A stretch of 64,000 bases of DNA from Octopus vulgaris (GCA_951406725.2 OX597816.1:7998001-8062000), one strand, 5' to 3'. Numbered from the stretch's first letter, positions 1-12,785 are shown. The notes: a model not told the origin generated them from the letters alone. Numbers and translations are program-made.

Positions 1-429
1 ATATATACAGTATAGTACTGTTTCTACTTTGTGGATTTTCACCTATCGTGGAGGGTTTTGGAATGTATCACCCGTGATGGATGAGGGATTTCCATAATTC
101 ACCCTGTCACTGCCTACAGGCATAGTATAGTGGATAAGGATGTTGGTCAATGCAGTGTAGTCACCTAGATGTCCAGAGTTCAATCCCAGGCACCAAAATA
201 ATTCACAAAAAAAAATTTTTTTAAATGCCATGAAATGCAGAGAGTGGAATGAAAACAGCACAAACTCCGTGGATCAAATAAAGTGTTAGGTTTGAAATTC
301 CGATACAACAAAAGAGTTCAAGACAAGACACTTCAAGAAGGTTGGAGCATACAACAGCTGGAATGTAGTGAAAGCAGCAGTGGAGATGAGGACACCAATC
401 GAACTAAGGTAAACAGTAAATACATAATA

Positions 430-848
430 CAAATTCTTAGCGGGGCGTCCATGCTAGTGGGGTGCAAAGAGCACCATATGAGCGTGATTGTTGACAGAGC
501 GGCTAACTGGCCCCCATGCTGTGACATGTAAAAGGGCAGCATTCGAGTGTGATCGTTACCAGCATCGCCTTACTGGCATTTGTGCTGGTGGCATGTGTAA
601 GAGATTCGAGCGTGGTCGTTGCCAGTGCCGCCTGACTGGCTCCTGTGCCAGTGGCATGTTAGTTAGTTAATTTGGCATGTAAAAGCACCCACTACACTCT
701 CGGAGTTGTTGGCGTTAGGAAGGGCATCCAGCTGTAGAAACTCTGCCAGATCAAGATTGGAGCCTGGTGCGGCCGTCTGGTTCGCCAGCCCTCAGTCAAA
801 TTGTCCAACCCATGCAAGCATGGAAAGCGAACATTAAATGATGATGAC
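430..848 (+). mobile_element. RTE-tail element (SINE-like or truncated RTE 3' UTR) ending in (GAT)n
   Basis: Repeated GGTGGCA(C/T)GTAAAAGCACC units, then GGCGTTAGGAAGGGCATCCAGCTGTAGAAAC and a GATGATGA tail. Same family at about 3570-3820(+), 4025-4340(-), 4930-5040, 5660-6122(+), 6590-6960(+), 7012-7200(-), 18770-19140(-). Confidence 0.8.
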
Positions 849-1133
849 AAATACAGAATTGTAAGATACAGTTTGAATAAACAAGTTTTGTTTAACACAT
901 TTTGTATTTTTTTAAACAGTCCTCTAATATTTCACCGATTGAAACAAACTTAAAATGGAACACACAAAGAAAGCAGGAGTTTATAAGAGAGAGCAGAATC
1001 GCAGGCGGGGAATGTTGAAAATCAGTGAAAGCCAAGACGAAAGAGATGTGGGTTGTGAAATAGAAAAGAATTCCATCAAAACAATCGTTTTTCCTCTCTA
1101 AAGTAATATTCAAACTGAAGTTAATGTTATCAG

Positions 1134-1725
1134 AGGCACAGACAGGGCTGTGTGGTAAGAAGCTTGCTTCTGAACCACATGGTCCCAGGTTCAGTTCCAT
1201 TGCGTGGAACCTTTGGAAAGTGTCTTTTACCCAAGTGCCTTGGGTTGACCAGACCCATGTGAGTGGATTTGGTAGACGGAAACTGAAAGAAGCCTGCTGC
1301 ATGTATATGTGTGTTTGTTCCCCACTACTGCTTGACAATTAGTATTGGTGTGTTTATGTCCCCTGTAACTTAGCAGTTCAGTAAAAGAGGCTGACAGAAA
1401 AAGTACCAGACTAAAACAAAAAAAGAAAAAAAAAGAAAAGAAAAAAAAAATCAGGCAATGGTATTGATTCATTTGACTAAAAAATTGCTTCAAGGCAGTG
1501 CCCCAGCATGGCCACAGTCCATGGAATAAGCTGCCAGACGAGATGGTGAAGATGCCGACGACCGCTCGGTTCAAAGTCTCCCTTGACCTCAAGTGGCCTG
1601 TACTCTTTACATGAACACCACCCTGTACATAACTCCATGTCCCCCTACATGGCCTTGATCTTTGCTTTTTGAGCCAAAAAATTAATTAACTAACAAATGA
1701 CTGAAACAAGTGAAAGAGAAAAGAT
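1134..1725 (+). mobile_element. tRNA-like SINE family A, interrupted by a CR1 3' fragment
   Basis: Head GGCTGTGTGGTAAG...GGTTCAGTTCC (A/B-box-like). The tail CCAGCATGGCCACAGTC|AAATGACTGAAACAAG is split by the insertion at 1520-1693. Confidence 0.8.
1520..1693 (+). mobile_element. CR1-type LINE 3' end
   Basis: Translates as WNKLPDEMVKMPTTARFKVSLDLKW (CR1 ORF2 C-terminus), then a short UTR with an (AACT)n-like tail. A second copy lies at about 18243-18380 on the minus strand. Confidence 0.7.
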
Positions 1726-1899
1726 TTAAATAATTGATAAGAATCTAGTATAATGAAGGAGAGAAAATGAAGTTTAATTAAAACTAAACCCAAGTCGGAG
1801 AGGTTTTAGACAAGGTTGAATAAGAGGAAAAAAAAAAAAGGTTGCCACCTTTCAACTGTTGGCAAAATTATTTGAACAAACTTTTACCAGTAATAACTG

Positions 1900-2338
1900 G
1901 GGCAGGATGTATCTAAGAGACAATATTAGGGGTTCTTGACTAGTTGGCTTTTGTTGACATGGAGAAAGCCTTTGACAGGACCTCCCACCTCCTTATCTGG
2001 GGGCCAATGCAGAAGTTAGGGATAGCCGAGTGGTTGGTGAGGGCTGTAACAAGTCATGTACAAGATGCTGTCAGTAAGGAGAAAGTATAAAGCATCCATG
2101 CTGGCACTGTGCAAAAAGCGCCCGCGCAAAAGGTGTGCAAAAAGGTACCCACGTAAAAGGCACCCGCACTGGCGCCATGTTAAAGGCACCCAATAAAATG
2201 GTTGGTATTAGGAAGACCATCCAACTATAGAAACCATGCTGAAACTGACATTGGAGCCTGGTGCAGTTCTGAGACTAACAGCCTGTCAAACCATCCAATC
2301 CATGCTCACCTGGAAAATGGACATTAAATGATGATGAC
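1900..2338 (+). pseudogene. RTE LINE reverse transcriptase fragment plus 3' tail
   Basis: LAFVDMEKAFDR...LIW..MQKLGIAEWLVRAV (RT motif), followed by a degenerate RTE 3' UTR ending in ATGATGATG. Confidence 0.75.
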
Positions 2339-2403
2339 TTATGAACCTGGAGTTAATGCTTAGACAACGAAGAAGTCAATAAAAAAAATCAAAGATTTCC
2401 TAC

Positions 2404-3032
2404 CTTGCATTTTGGACATCGTTGTGCATTAAGCTGACCATTTTGGTAATTTTTAGCCCAAAATTTGACCATTTTGTCTCCTTTCCGGAATTGTTTGCAA
2501 GTAATTCCTTCGTGCCATTGTGCTTGACAAGGGAAGCATATCGCAGTTGAACAGGTGGAACAAACGACCTTTAAACCTTTTTTCCATTTTTTATGCTTCA
2601 TTTCAGATTTGTCAATCGAGATAATGGAACAACAGTTTGGACAGGTTTTCACACAAGGATCCTTATTGGCATCAACAAGAAACTTGTTGAATCTCTCTTT
2701 CAGAGATGATGGTAAGTAAGCCATGATATCGTCCTGGTTAATGTAATGCTCACAGGTGTTAAGACATTTTATGTTGACAATTCCTAACTGAACCTTCTCA
2801 GACAGGTAACGCGTTAAGCACGAAGAACAGACCAGGTAATTGCAGCATGGCCGGTAGTGAACAGAGGTAGAATTACTGCAGCACACCTCACAGACATCTG
2901 AAGGAAACGCTAAATTTAGCATAGAAAAGTTCTCAATGATATTATCCAATGTAAGTGCATCGGGCAGGTTGAGTTGTCTCAGGTAGAAGTCATTCAGCAT
3001 GGCCTGTTCTTCCGTTATTCCTGATGCCATGG
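2404..3032 (-). CDS. RNF217: Coding exon of RNF217-like RBR E3 ubiquitin ligase (RING1 + IBR + start of RING2)
   Basis: ORF 2389-3060 gives CEVC...RPCC...VCSSCLTRYLSEKVQLGIVNIKC (RING1 with the RNF217-type PCC and VQLG), KTCPNC...VVCSTCSTAICFPCQAQWHEGITC (IBR) and KGDK...WA...GQLNAQRCPKCK, matching RNF217 as I recall it. Acceptor ttttattacAG at 3034-3033, CCATGG start at 3030-3028, donor AAG|GTAGG at 2403. The remaining RING2/TM exons were not found in the window. Confidence 0.88.
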
Positions 3033-3078
3033 CTGTAATAAAATAAAAAAAAAATGTCATTTAAAAGATACAACTATA

Positions 3079-3460
3079 TGCAGGAGTGGCTGTGTGGTAA
3101 GTAGCTTGCTAACCAACCACATGGTTCCGGGTTCAGTCCCTCTGCGTGGAACCTTTGGCAAGTGTCTTCTGCTATAGCCCCGGGCCGACCAATGCCTTTT
3201 GAGTGGATTTGGTAGACAGAAACTGAAAGAAGCCTGTCGTATATATGTGTGTGTGTATGTTTGTCCCCCTAGCATTGCTTGACAACCGATGCTGGTGTGT
3301 TTACGTCCCCGTCACTTAGCGGTTCGGCAAAAAGAGACCGATAGAATAAGTACTGGGCTTACAAAGAATAAGTCTCGGGGTCGATTTGCTCGACTAAAGG
3401 CAGTGCTCTAGCATGGCCGCAGTCAAATGACTGAAACAAGTAAAAGAGTAAAGAGTAAAA
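3079..3460 (+). mobile_element. tRNA-like SINE family A, full length
   Basis: GCAGGAGTGGCTGTGTGGTAAG...GGTTCAGTCCC head, internal TA/TG microsatellite, tail AAATGACTGAAACAAG(TAAAAGAG)n. Other copies: about 12085-12510(-), 18145-18680(-), 19325-20110(+), 25280-25735(+), 30297-30690(+), 36934-37329(-), 45440-45865(-), 47905-48295(-), 51846-52268(+), 53169-53572(+), 57813-58280(+). Confidence 0.9.
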
Positions 3461-4454
3461 GCATGTAATTTTATCTCAGACTTCTTGGTATACTTTAACC
3501 ATTAAGATTCTACAGTTAAGAATGGTAAAAGATAGAAACAGTAGAAGCTAGACAAAATGCTGTGCATTTTTCGTGTCGGTGACATGTAAAAGCACCAATC
3601 AATTGTGGCCGTTTACCAGCCTCCTCTGGCCCCTGTGCTGGTGGCACATAAAAAACACCTACTACACTCACGGAGTGGTTGGCGTTAGGAAGGGCATCCA
3701 GCTGTAGAAACACTGCCAGATCAGACTGGAGCCTGGTGCAGCCTCCATGGCTTCCCAGACCCCGGTCGAACCGTCCAACTCATGCCAGCATGGGAAGCGG
3801 ACGTTAAACAACGATGATGATGTTTCTCTACATTCTGGGTTCAAATTCAGTGAAGGCCAAGAAAATGTCAAGGACCAGAAGCAGAGGGTTAGCCAGGTTA
3901 ATTGGATATTTTTCTCTTTCAAAAAATATGTGAACTGGTGCCAAAAGTAGAAACCAGATTTATACAACACAAACAGATGCCAGAAACCAAGTTAATGACT
4001 GACTTTTACACTGAGAGGCAGATATCATCATCATCATCGTTTAACGTCCGTTTTCCACGCTAGCACGGGTTGGACGGTTCGACCGGGGTCTGGGAAGCCA
4101 GGGGCTGCACCAGGCTCCAGTCTGATCTGGCAGAGTTTCTACAGCTGGATGCCCTTCCTAACGCCAACCACTCCGAGAGTCTAGTGGGTGCTTTTTACGT
4201 GCCACCTGTACAGGTGCCAAGGGTGTCCGGCATCAGCCACGATCGGTTGGAGCTTTTAATGTGCCACCGGCACAGAAGCCAGCCAAGGCAGCACTGGCAA
4301 CGGCCACGTTCGGATGGTGCTTTTTATGTGCCACCGGCATGATTAGGAGATTAATTTTATTAAAATGTTTCCTAAAAAGGGGATTGATATCTCCTCCAGT
4401 CAGTTATATGAACTAAGGTCATGTAGAACCCCATCATTAAAGTAAATAAAAAAG

Positions 4455-4772
4455 AGCACTCTGTCGGTTACAACGATGAGGGTCCCAGTTGATATGACCA
4501 ACGGAACAGCTTGCTCATGAAATTAACGTGTAAGTGGCTGAGTACTCCACCGACACGTGCACCCTTAACATAGTTCTCGAGGGGATTCAGCGTGGCACAG
4601 AGTGTGACAAGGCTGGCCCTTTGAAATACAGGTACTACTCATTTTTGCCAGTTGAGTGGACTGGAGCAATGTGAAGTAAAGTGTCTTACTCAAGGACACA
4701 ATGCATAGCTGGGAATTGAACTCACGACCTTACAATTTTGAGTGGAATGCCCTAACCACTAAACCACGTACT
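4455..4772 (-). mobile_element. tRNA-like SINE family C
   Basis: Minus-strand head GTGGTTTAGTGGTTAGGG...GAGTTCAATTCCC. Body shared with about 43540-43920 and 51197-51495. Related heads at 34425-34720, 34810-35000 and 35235-35490. Confidence 0.8.
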
Positions 4773-4800
4773 TTCACATTAAAGTATATACACTTGTAAT

Positions 4801-4930
4801 AAAAGCAATAACCAAACTGAAACCAACTCCCATCTGAATGTGGCCGATGCCAGTGACCCTCTGACAAAAGCAATAACCAAACTGAAACCAACTCCCATCT
4901 GAATGTGGCCGATGCCAGTGACCCTCTGAC
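4801..4930 (+). repeat. Perfect 65-bp tandem duplication
   Basis: AAAAGCAATAACCAAACTG...GTGACCCTCTGAC occurs twice in a row. Confidence 0.9.
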
Positions 4931-5230
4931 TGGCCCCTGTGCCGGTGGCACATGAAAAGCACTATCCAAATGTGATTGATGCTAGACCAGCTTGACTGGT
5001 TCCTCTGCTGGTGGCACGTAAAAAGCACCTACTATACTCTTGGAGTATATTATTTCCATCCAGTTTCCGGATGGAAATAATACTGGAATAAACTAACCCT
5101 GAGTTCAATCCTAGACAGGGGCTTGGAAAATAATACCTACAAAAAAAAACATCAGCAAGAAATACCTTAGGAATGAGAACAGTGTATCCCAATAGTCAAA
5201 TAAAGGGTTGGGTTCGAAATTCCACCAGGA

Positions 5231-5272
5231 CACCTGATGAAGGCTGGAGAGTACATCAGCCGAAATGTTGTG
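5231..5272 (+). ncRNA. Minimal type I hammerhead ribozyme motif (one stem III substitution) in a Penelope-like terminal fragment (about 5165-5350)
   Basis: cac-CTGATGA-A-GGCTG-gagagtacat-CAGCC-GAAA-t-GTT-gtg. Stem II is 5 bp and stem I is cac/gtg. Confidence 0.7.
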
Positions 5273-8200
5273 GTAACAACAAACAAGATGAGGACAAATA
5301 TCCATCCATTGTAAACATTGTATATAATTCCTCATCTCAGAAATATAGAATAGTAACATTGTGTATTTCATATACAATGAGAATTATCCAACAAAGCATA
5401 ATATATTTGTCAATGCAGTTTTTTAGAATAAAATACATTTCAAAGAGGTTTCTTAAAATGGTTATCGAGTTTTTTCTTTAATGAACATTATCAAAGCAAA
5501 ATGGTAATTTCCAAATAAGGACCCACACTGCTGGTGTCCATTTCTATTTTGTTGTAGAAGTGGTAGGACAAGCTGTCTATTCCCTGGATAGGCAGCTTAA
5601 ACAATTCAGTTAAATTTTACAAAGTGAACTTTGCGAAGACTTGTTGAGGCAAGTGAAATTGAAATCAAATTCGATGACTGGCATCCGATGCTAGTGGAGT
5701 GCTAAAAGTACCATACGAGTGAGATCGTTGCCAGAGCAACAAGCTGGCCTCCGAGCCAATGACACGTTAAAAAACACCATTCGAGCGTGATCGTTACCTG
5801 CGTCACCTTACTAGCACTTGTGCTGGTGGCATGGGGAAAAAACATTCGAGCGAGGTCGTTGCCAGTGCCGCTGGACTGGCTCCTGTGCAGGTGGCACATA
5901 AAAAGTACCATTTGAGCGTGGCCGTTGCCAGTACCGCCTGACTGGCCCTCATACCGGTGGCACGTAAAAGCACCCACTACACTCTCGGAGTGGTTGGCAT
6001 TAGGAAGGGCATCAAGCTGTAGAAACTCTGCCAGATCAGATTGTGCAGCCATCTGGTTTGCCAGACCTCAGTCAAATCGGCCAACCCATGCCAGCATGGA
6101 AAGCGGATGTTAAACGATGATGAGACATGTTATTTCCCTCCTAATGCTTTTTACATTCACAGGAGTGAATGAAATATGCTGAGTCACTGTGATAAACAAC
6201 TACTGCAGGATGTACAGCAATGAATTATAAAACTTGTATTACTAAATTAGATCAGGTAAACAAACGAGGCAGTTAGGTGTACCCTCACATACACACACAC
6301 ATTGCCGTAACCGGATACAAGTTGCCAACTCAAGTGGTCGTTCGGTACATTTGTTCTCTTCAATATTTATGCAAAATCTAATCAATGTGGAAACAGAACA
6401 GAAAAATGTTTAGGCTTGCATTTGTAATGTCCCTGTCTATGATAAGGGTCGAATGTATTTCATTAATCTTTAATATATATCACCATAGTAATAGTCCAAT
6501 GGATGTTGCTATAAATAGCAGTCGTTGTCTAATACGTATTGCCATAAATAGCAGTTGTTTAATATATATCACTAAAAAAAATAGCAAATCGAAATCTTTC
6601 AACATCAATGGAAATTGTAGCTGAGATACCAGTGCCGGTGGCACGTAAGAGAACCGTCCGAACGTGGCCGTTGCCAGCACCGCTCCAACTGGCCTCCGTG
6701 CTGGTGGCACGTAAAAAGCACCATCCGATCGTGGCCGTTTGCCAGCCTTGTCTGGCACCTGTGCAGGAGGCACGTAAAAAGCACCCACTATACTCTCGGA
6801 GTGGTTGGCGTTAGGAAGGGCATCCAGCTGTAGAAACACTGTCAGATCAAACTGGGCCTGGTGCAGCCTTCTGGCTTCCCAGACCCCAGTTGAACCGTCC
6901 AACCCATGCTAGCATGGAAAACGGACGTTAAACGATGATGATGATGATGATGATGATGATGTCTAATAAAAGTCGATTCTGTTGACTAGAGAAGAAAAAA
7001 AAGGAAACTAGCATCATCATCATCATCATCATCATTTAATGTCTGTTTTCCATGCTGGCATGGGTTGGACACTTTGACAAGAGCTGGCAAGTCAGAAGAC
7101 TGCGTCAAACCCTAGCGTCTGTTTTGGCAGGGTTTCAAGGGCTGGATGCCCTTCCTAAGGTCAAACGCTTTACAGGATATACTGGAGACTTTTTATGTGA
7201 CACCAGAAGCAGTGAGGTCACCAAATACTTTAAAAGACAAGGCTCACCCCACCCCTGCTTCACTCGAGGTGGGGAGGGGGAGTAGTAGTGAGGAAGGTGG
7301 GTTTGTGCAAGAGAGGTTAGAATATGACTGGAAGGTCAGAAACAGACATCTTGCAGTGAAGAAGGTACATGTCTACCTCAGTAGGGAAGAGAGAGCATGG
7401 AAGACGGGGGGGGGGGGTAGTGGGGTAGGTAGGGTACACATACATAGACACATATATATATATATACATACAAAAATACACACATACACACAAATACACA
7501 CGCACACATAGATACAGACACACACATGCGAACACACACACGCGCGCGAACACACACACACACACATGCGAATACATATACATATACGTGTGTGTACACA
7601 CACACACGAATACCCTCACACACACATACGAATACATATACATATACGTGTGTGTACATACACACACACACACACACACACAGGTTTATCTCTATAGATA
7701 ATGTGCTGGTGTATATCTTAGGCGACATGGTTGTGGAAATAGTTACTGAGAGACAACAGAGTGACACTGTTAGGAGGAAAGATTAGGAAAGGTAAAAGGG
7801 AGGAGGATGAAATTCCTATAGAATCCAGAGCCTGCAAATGGAGTGTCCCAAGAACATAAGGGGGTGACCCAAACTTCACATCTGACAGACACTTCTGAGG
7901 AATTTCGCTGTTCCTTTCGCAAACATTAAAGTGCAAATAAAAGCAATTAGTTTTCTTTCAAGTAGATAAAAGTTTATTTTCCCTATCTAACATTTTCACC
8001 GAGGGGTGAAATAAAAGAGGGTAGATCTACACTGGAGCGAATTTGTAGAAAATTTCATTAAAATTATCCATTTTCTGGAAGTTAGGGGGGAAACAAAATC
8101 GGTCGATGGGGCGCAGTTGTGTAGGTATGCCAAGTCAGAACCCATTTGGTTAATATCTAGATCCGCACCCGGTGGGAAAAATGGAAACGAAAATGTGTAT

Positions 8201-8769
8201 ATCCAGATTCGTTTCAAGGTGTGCAAATTGCAATTATGTCAAAGAAAAATGGTGAGTGCGCTCACATTCTGACACAATTTTGTTTTTCGAAATTTTGAGT
8301 TTTATTTTGTGACGTGTGTAAGAATGTCATGACTCAAAGCCCACCAGATTTCTTTCTTCCGTTTTTGTTTCCATAATAAATTCCGATATAATCCTAATTA
8401 TAGGTATTTGTAGAAAATGTCACAAATTACCCATTTTCCTGAAAGAAAGCAGACTCGTAGGGGTTTTCGGAAACTCATCATAGCAAAATTCTATGTAATC
8501 AGAATCGACACCATCTGAAGTATATTTGTAAAGAAAGTCATCAAAAAATTTTTTTTTTCCCCTTAAAGTTACGAGGAAACAAAATCGGGAGAGGAGAGTA
8601 GGTAAGCCTATTCTCATTTTGGTTTTGATACCCGAGTATTGACCGAGAAAAGCCTTCCCTTTTATTAACGGTATCTCTCGAACCTCTTCACCCATAGGAA
8701 TAGCACAGTTAGGAAGCGAGCAGTTATATCTAACCCATAGCGACTGCCATCCACCTTGTCATAGGATAT

Positions 8770-8897
8770 ATATATATTTCTTTATACAAGGGGCTAAGCA
8801 CAGAGGGGACGAACAAGGACAGACAAAGGGATTAAGTCGATTATACCGACCCCGAAAGGATGAAAGGAAAAGTTGACCTCGGCGGAATTTGAACTCT
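8770..8897 (-). mobile_element. SINE family B fragment
   Basis: GAGTTCAAATTCCGCCGAGGTC(A/G)ACTTT...CCTTTCATCCTTTCGGGGTCG. Family copies at about 16415-16630, 21440-21620, 26468-26885 (dimer), 28555-28760, 29090-29360, 35955-36190, 50400-51145, 52822-52995, 54098-55037. Confidence 0.8.
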
Positions 8898-8911
8898 GAT
8901 ATATATATATA

Positions 8912-9073
8912 TATATATACCAATTAAGGACTGAACACGAAAAGTGGACAGTCAACATGCTAGATATAGACGTCAAATCGCCATTCTAATCTTTGTGGGG
9001 AATGGCGATTTGACGTCTATATCTAGCACGTTGACTGTCCACGTTTCGTGTTCAGTCCTTAATTGGTATATAT
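8912..9073. repeat. Near-perfect long inverted repeat (about 75-bp arms, 13-nt spacer)
   Basis: Left arm TATACCAATTAAGGACTGAACACG...AAATCGCCATTC. Right arm GAATGGCGATTT...CGTGTTCAGTCCTTAATTGGTATA. Two mismatches. Confidence 0.95.
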
Positions 9074-12000
9074 AAATATTTTAATCTTCGGATTCTTTTA
9101 ATATGCTAGACCACTGGTTTTAATTGATAAACATCAATTTCTACCCTTAATTAATATTATATATATATATATAGGTGTGGACGCAGTATTGGGCCCCTAA
9201 CAGGGGATCACCGCATGGCCACACATTAACACCCGTTCACGGGTGAGGTGAGGGTCAACGAACTGCATTACCTCTGGATATCCTTGTTGCTTATTTTGAT
9301 TTTAATCACCTTACTTTGAAATTGTATGGATAATACCGTACTAAATTCTGCTGCCTCAACTTAAGTACTATATATATATATAAGCCATATTATAAATGGC
9401 ATAATTACAGTTTGGCGACCCATTTTGTGATGACTCAGCTTTCTAAAGATTGTATATTTTAAATTAAAATATTGCAGCAATACATTCTTGAAGCTGTAGA
9501 TTGTGATTATATTAATGGCATTAAAATAATTTCTTGTTAAGGAGTTTCAAATCAATTACTCCACCTTGCTTTGTTTCCTCATAACTCTTAAAAAGTACAG
9601 ATTTTTAAATGAAATTTTACAGAAATACACTTTCGGGTGTGTAGGTTATAATGATATTTCAATATAAGATTTTATAATGTTAATGTTTCAAAAAGTTACT
9701 GAAATTGGTGGCAACAAAACCAGGCAAAGTGGTGGTGATGTAAAGAACAATACGAAATTCGTCCAAATCTTTTAATTTAAAATTTACGAATATAACTGTA
9801 ACCTACACTCTCGAAAACATATCTGTAAGATTTCACAAAAAATAATACGTATATAGTAGAAAGTTATGCAGAAACGAAGTTGTGAGGCCCCAAACTGTAG
9901 TTATGCCCTACCATTAACCATTTGACTGTGCAGTATAGCGATACAGTTCACTTTATAAAAGGAATGAATTAATGAGTAAATAACAATTAAATGTAAGGTA
10001 AATGCCTCTTTTAAACGGTGTTTTGCTGATAATACAACATGAATAATATAGCAGTGAAAGAAACGAAGTGATAACAAAGAAGGTAAACAAAGAAAGTTTT
10101 TTTTTTTTTCTTCAGTCATTTAACGACGTCACAAAAGAACTGAAAGAAGTAACCCAACTGAAAACTAATTAGATTAATTAAAATAAGTAATTAAATTGCT
10201 TTTTCTCCTTTGTATGTGTGTGTGTTATTACAGAGTTATTTGATGAAATTAGTGGAGGAAAGGAAAGAAAATCTACTTGCCTTGGTTTAGTGGTGGTGGT
10301 CAAGGAAATAACGTCTCACACACAATGGACTGGTGACCAACGGAAGGAATTAATTGAACTGAATCAACCAACAGTTTTCGTGGCTGAATGTCTGGTCAAT
10401 CTGCTGACCATCGATGCTTTTAGTTTAACATAACAAAACACAATTTCTGCTTCTTCTTTGGCCGCAATATAAGTCGAAGAGTTTGAAATTAAATTAATAG
10501 AAATGGAGCCACGAAAGTGCTGACTAATTAAAAAGTAATGATTGCAATTAGTGATTTATGTATCAAAGTAATGTGCGCCGAGTTATAAAAAAATTAATGT
10601 CCACGAGTGTTATAATTATATATATCCACACACATATCATTTGTTAATTAATTGAAAAGAAATATATTCCTGGCCGTGCGATTCTGTAAAACTTCCAACT
10701 TGTTGAGGGACAAACAATTAATGGTCGAGGGAACTTGTTTTTGTGAGTGTGTGTGTGTTGGTGTAGATTATTTAAACGTAATTATTTGCAATATTTCAAA
10801 TAGTTATGAGGAATAAACAGAACTTAGCCTCCGTCTAACTCAACTTAACTGTTATTAGTCAAACTGACGCCGAACACTTTTATTATAAGCGATGAGGGAG
10901 AGACGGAGGAGACCGAGTGGTGGCCGACCACTAAATTCATGTCTGACAGCAACTTTCTCTCTCTCTCTTTCTCTCTCTTTTTTTTTTTAATCAAGACTTT
11001 TATGGAACGACACCTTCGACGTCTCACTCGTGTTTTTATACGGACATAGGAGCTGCTTACATTTCTAAAAATAGCAGCCAAAATATTCTTAAAATCCTAT
11101 TCTACGTCTTAAAAAGGACCCATAACATTGTCCAAAAATAAGACGGGATAGCCATGGATGGAATGCCTTTCACCTTAAATTCCCTTAGAGTCGGGGTTAA
11201 ACAGTTTCGCATTTAGAAAAAGAATCAATATTTGTAAGTTTGATCATAAATAAAACAATTAAATTTTTAATGTTTTCTTCGTCAAGTTCCGAAAAGAAAA
11301 AAAACTTTAATAAACCGTTTTTTAAAATTACAATTAACAACTTATTTCTTAAATTGTTACCTTTCTTTTGCAAATAATTATTTTGAGATTAATCATTTTA
11401 TTTTTACAAATTCCATTTCATCACTGCATCCCAAAACACGACCACATTTTTAATATTTGTTTCACGAGGTCGTCTTCGCCTTTCACTCTTTCGGTGTCAA
11501 GTTGGAGTATTGGGGTCAGTAATATAATAATCGACTTATTCCTTCCTAGTAATTACTGGCTTTCTATCAACATTTGAATCCAGAATCTACTTCACTCATT
11601 TATAATATTGTAATAAACAAAATAAATACGTTTCGCATTTAACAAATGACTTTTTATTAGAAATCATTCTTCTCAAATTCATTCCTTTTTCTCATCATTT
11701 TCCTCTTATGACCTGAACCCTTTTAAGTCTAAAGTAAATTCATTCCTTTCGTCTCCCCTTCCTTCGTTGTCCCTTACACTAAGTCGCTTCTCGCCTTGTT
11801 TGGGACTTGGTATATATGTTTCTTTCTTAGCCACACAGGGCTGCTCACAGACGGGACAGATTATAAAGTAAAGCTTATCTTTTTGGGGAGAGAAAAAAAG
11901 CGGGGTAGGTTTTCGATCAAAAGGGATCGTAAAAGGGAAAGAAAAAAAAAGAAGAAAAAAACAGCGGTCTTTCGGAGATGGTATATCAAAACTGAAAGTA

Positions 12001-12785
12001 TTTTTTATTCAGCAATTTTCGTAAATTTTGTTTTATGCATTTTATTTTTTTCCAGATGAATCGCTTATGCTTATGTGTGTACTTTTTATTCTTTATATTT
12101 TTTTTTTACTTGTTTCAGTCATTTGACTGCGGCCACGCTGGAGCACCGCCTTGAAGGATTTTTTTTAGCCGAACAGATCGACCCCACGACTTATAAGCCT
12201 AATACTTATTCTATCGGTCACTTTGGCCGAACCGCTAAGTTATGGAGACGTAAATACGCCTACATCGGTTGTCAAGCGATCGTGGTGGCGGCGGGGGACA
12301 GACATAAATACACACACACACACACACACACACAAATATATACATATATATATATATACGACGGGCTTCTTTCAGTTTCCGTCTACCAAATCCACTCACA
12401 AGGCTTTTGGTCGGCCCGAGACTGTAGTGGAAGACTCTTGCCCAAGGTGGAACTGAACCAGGAACCATGTGGTTGGGAAGCAAGCTTCTTATCACAAAAC
12501 CACGCCTGTGTATGTATGCGTTAACACATACACACACAAAAAATGCATAAACGTAAACGATTAAGCTGGGGGGAAAAACCCCAACTAAAATAACAACCTT
12601 TCAGTTTTGATATACTTTCCCCGAAAGATTGCCAAAAACGATTAATTACCAATTCTAAATTTTCGTCATAGCTTTGTTTGAAATTGTTGGCTATACAAAT
12701 GGGACAGATTTATATGACATGGTTTGTGTTTATACGATTAGAATTTTAAAATAAAATAAAACATAACTGCTGTTAAAACTATAAA

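Noticed and set aside
3079-3150. tRNA-like A/B boxes
   Set aside because: These are SINE heads with no complete cloverleaf, so they were not called as tRNA genes.
3057-3275. Recurrent ORFs such as [13 protein letters not shown]...[18 protein letters not shown]
   Set aside because: They are antisense translations of SINE A, not a protein family.
5700-5980. Regularly spaced GGTGGCACGTAAAAGCACC repeats resembling a CRISPR array
   Set aside because: The context is eukaryotic, the spacers are related to each other and there are no cas genes. These are internal repeats of the RTE-tail element.
8241-8257. AAAAATG|GTGAGT, resembling a first exon ending in ATG
   Set aside because: No downstream plus-strand coding exon was found, so the motif alone is insufficient.
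10845-11081. 78-aa minus-strand ORF (MAAIF...) as RNF217 first coding exon
   Set aside because: It begins in a dispersed repeat (AAATAGCAGCCAA, also at 54030 and 56641), crosses an AG microsatellite and has no clear donor.
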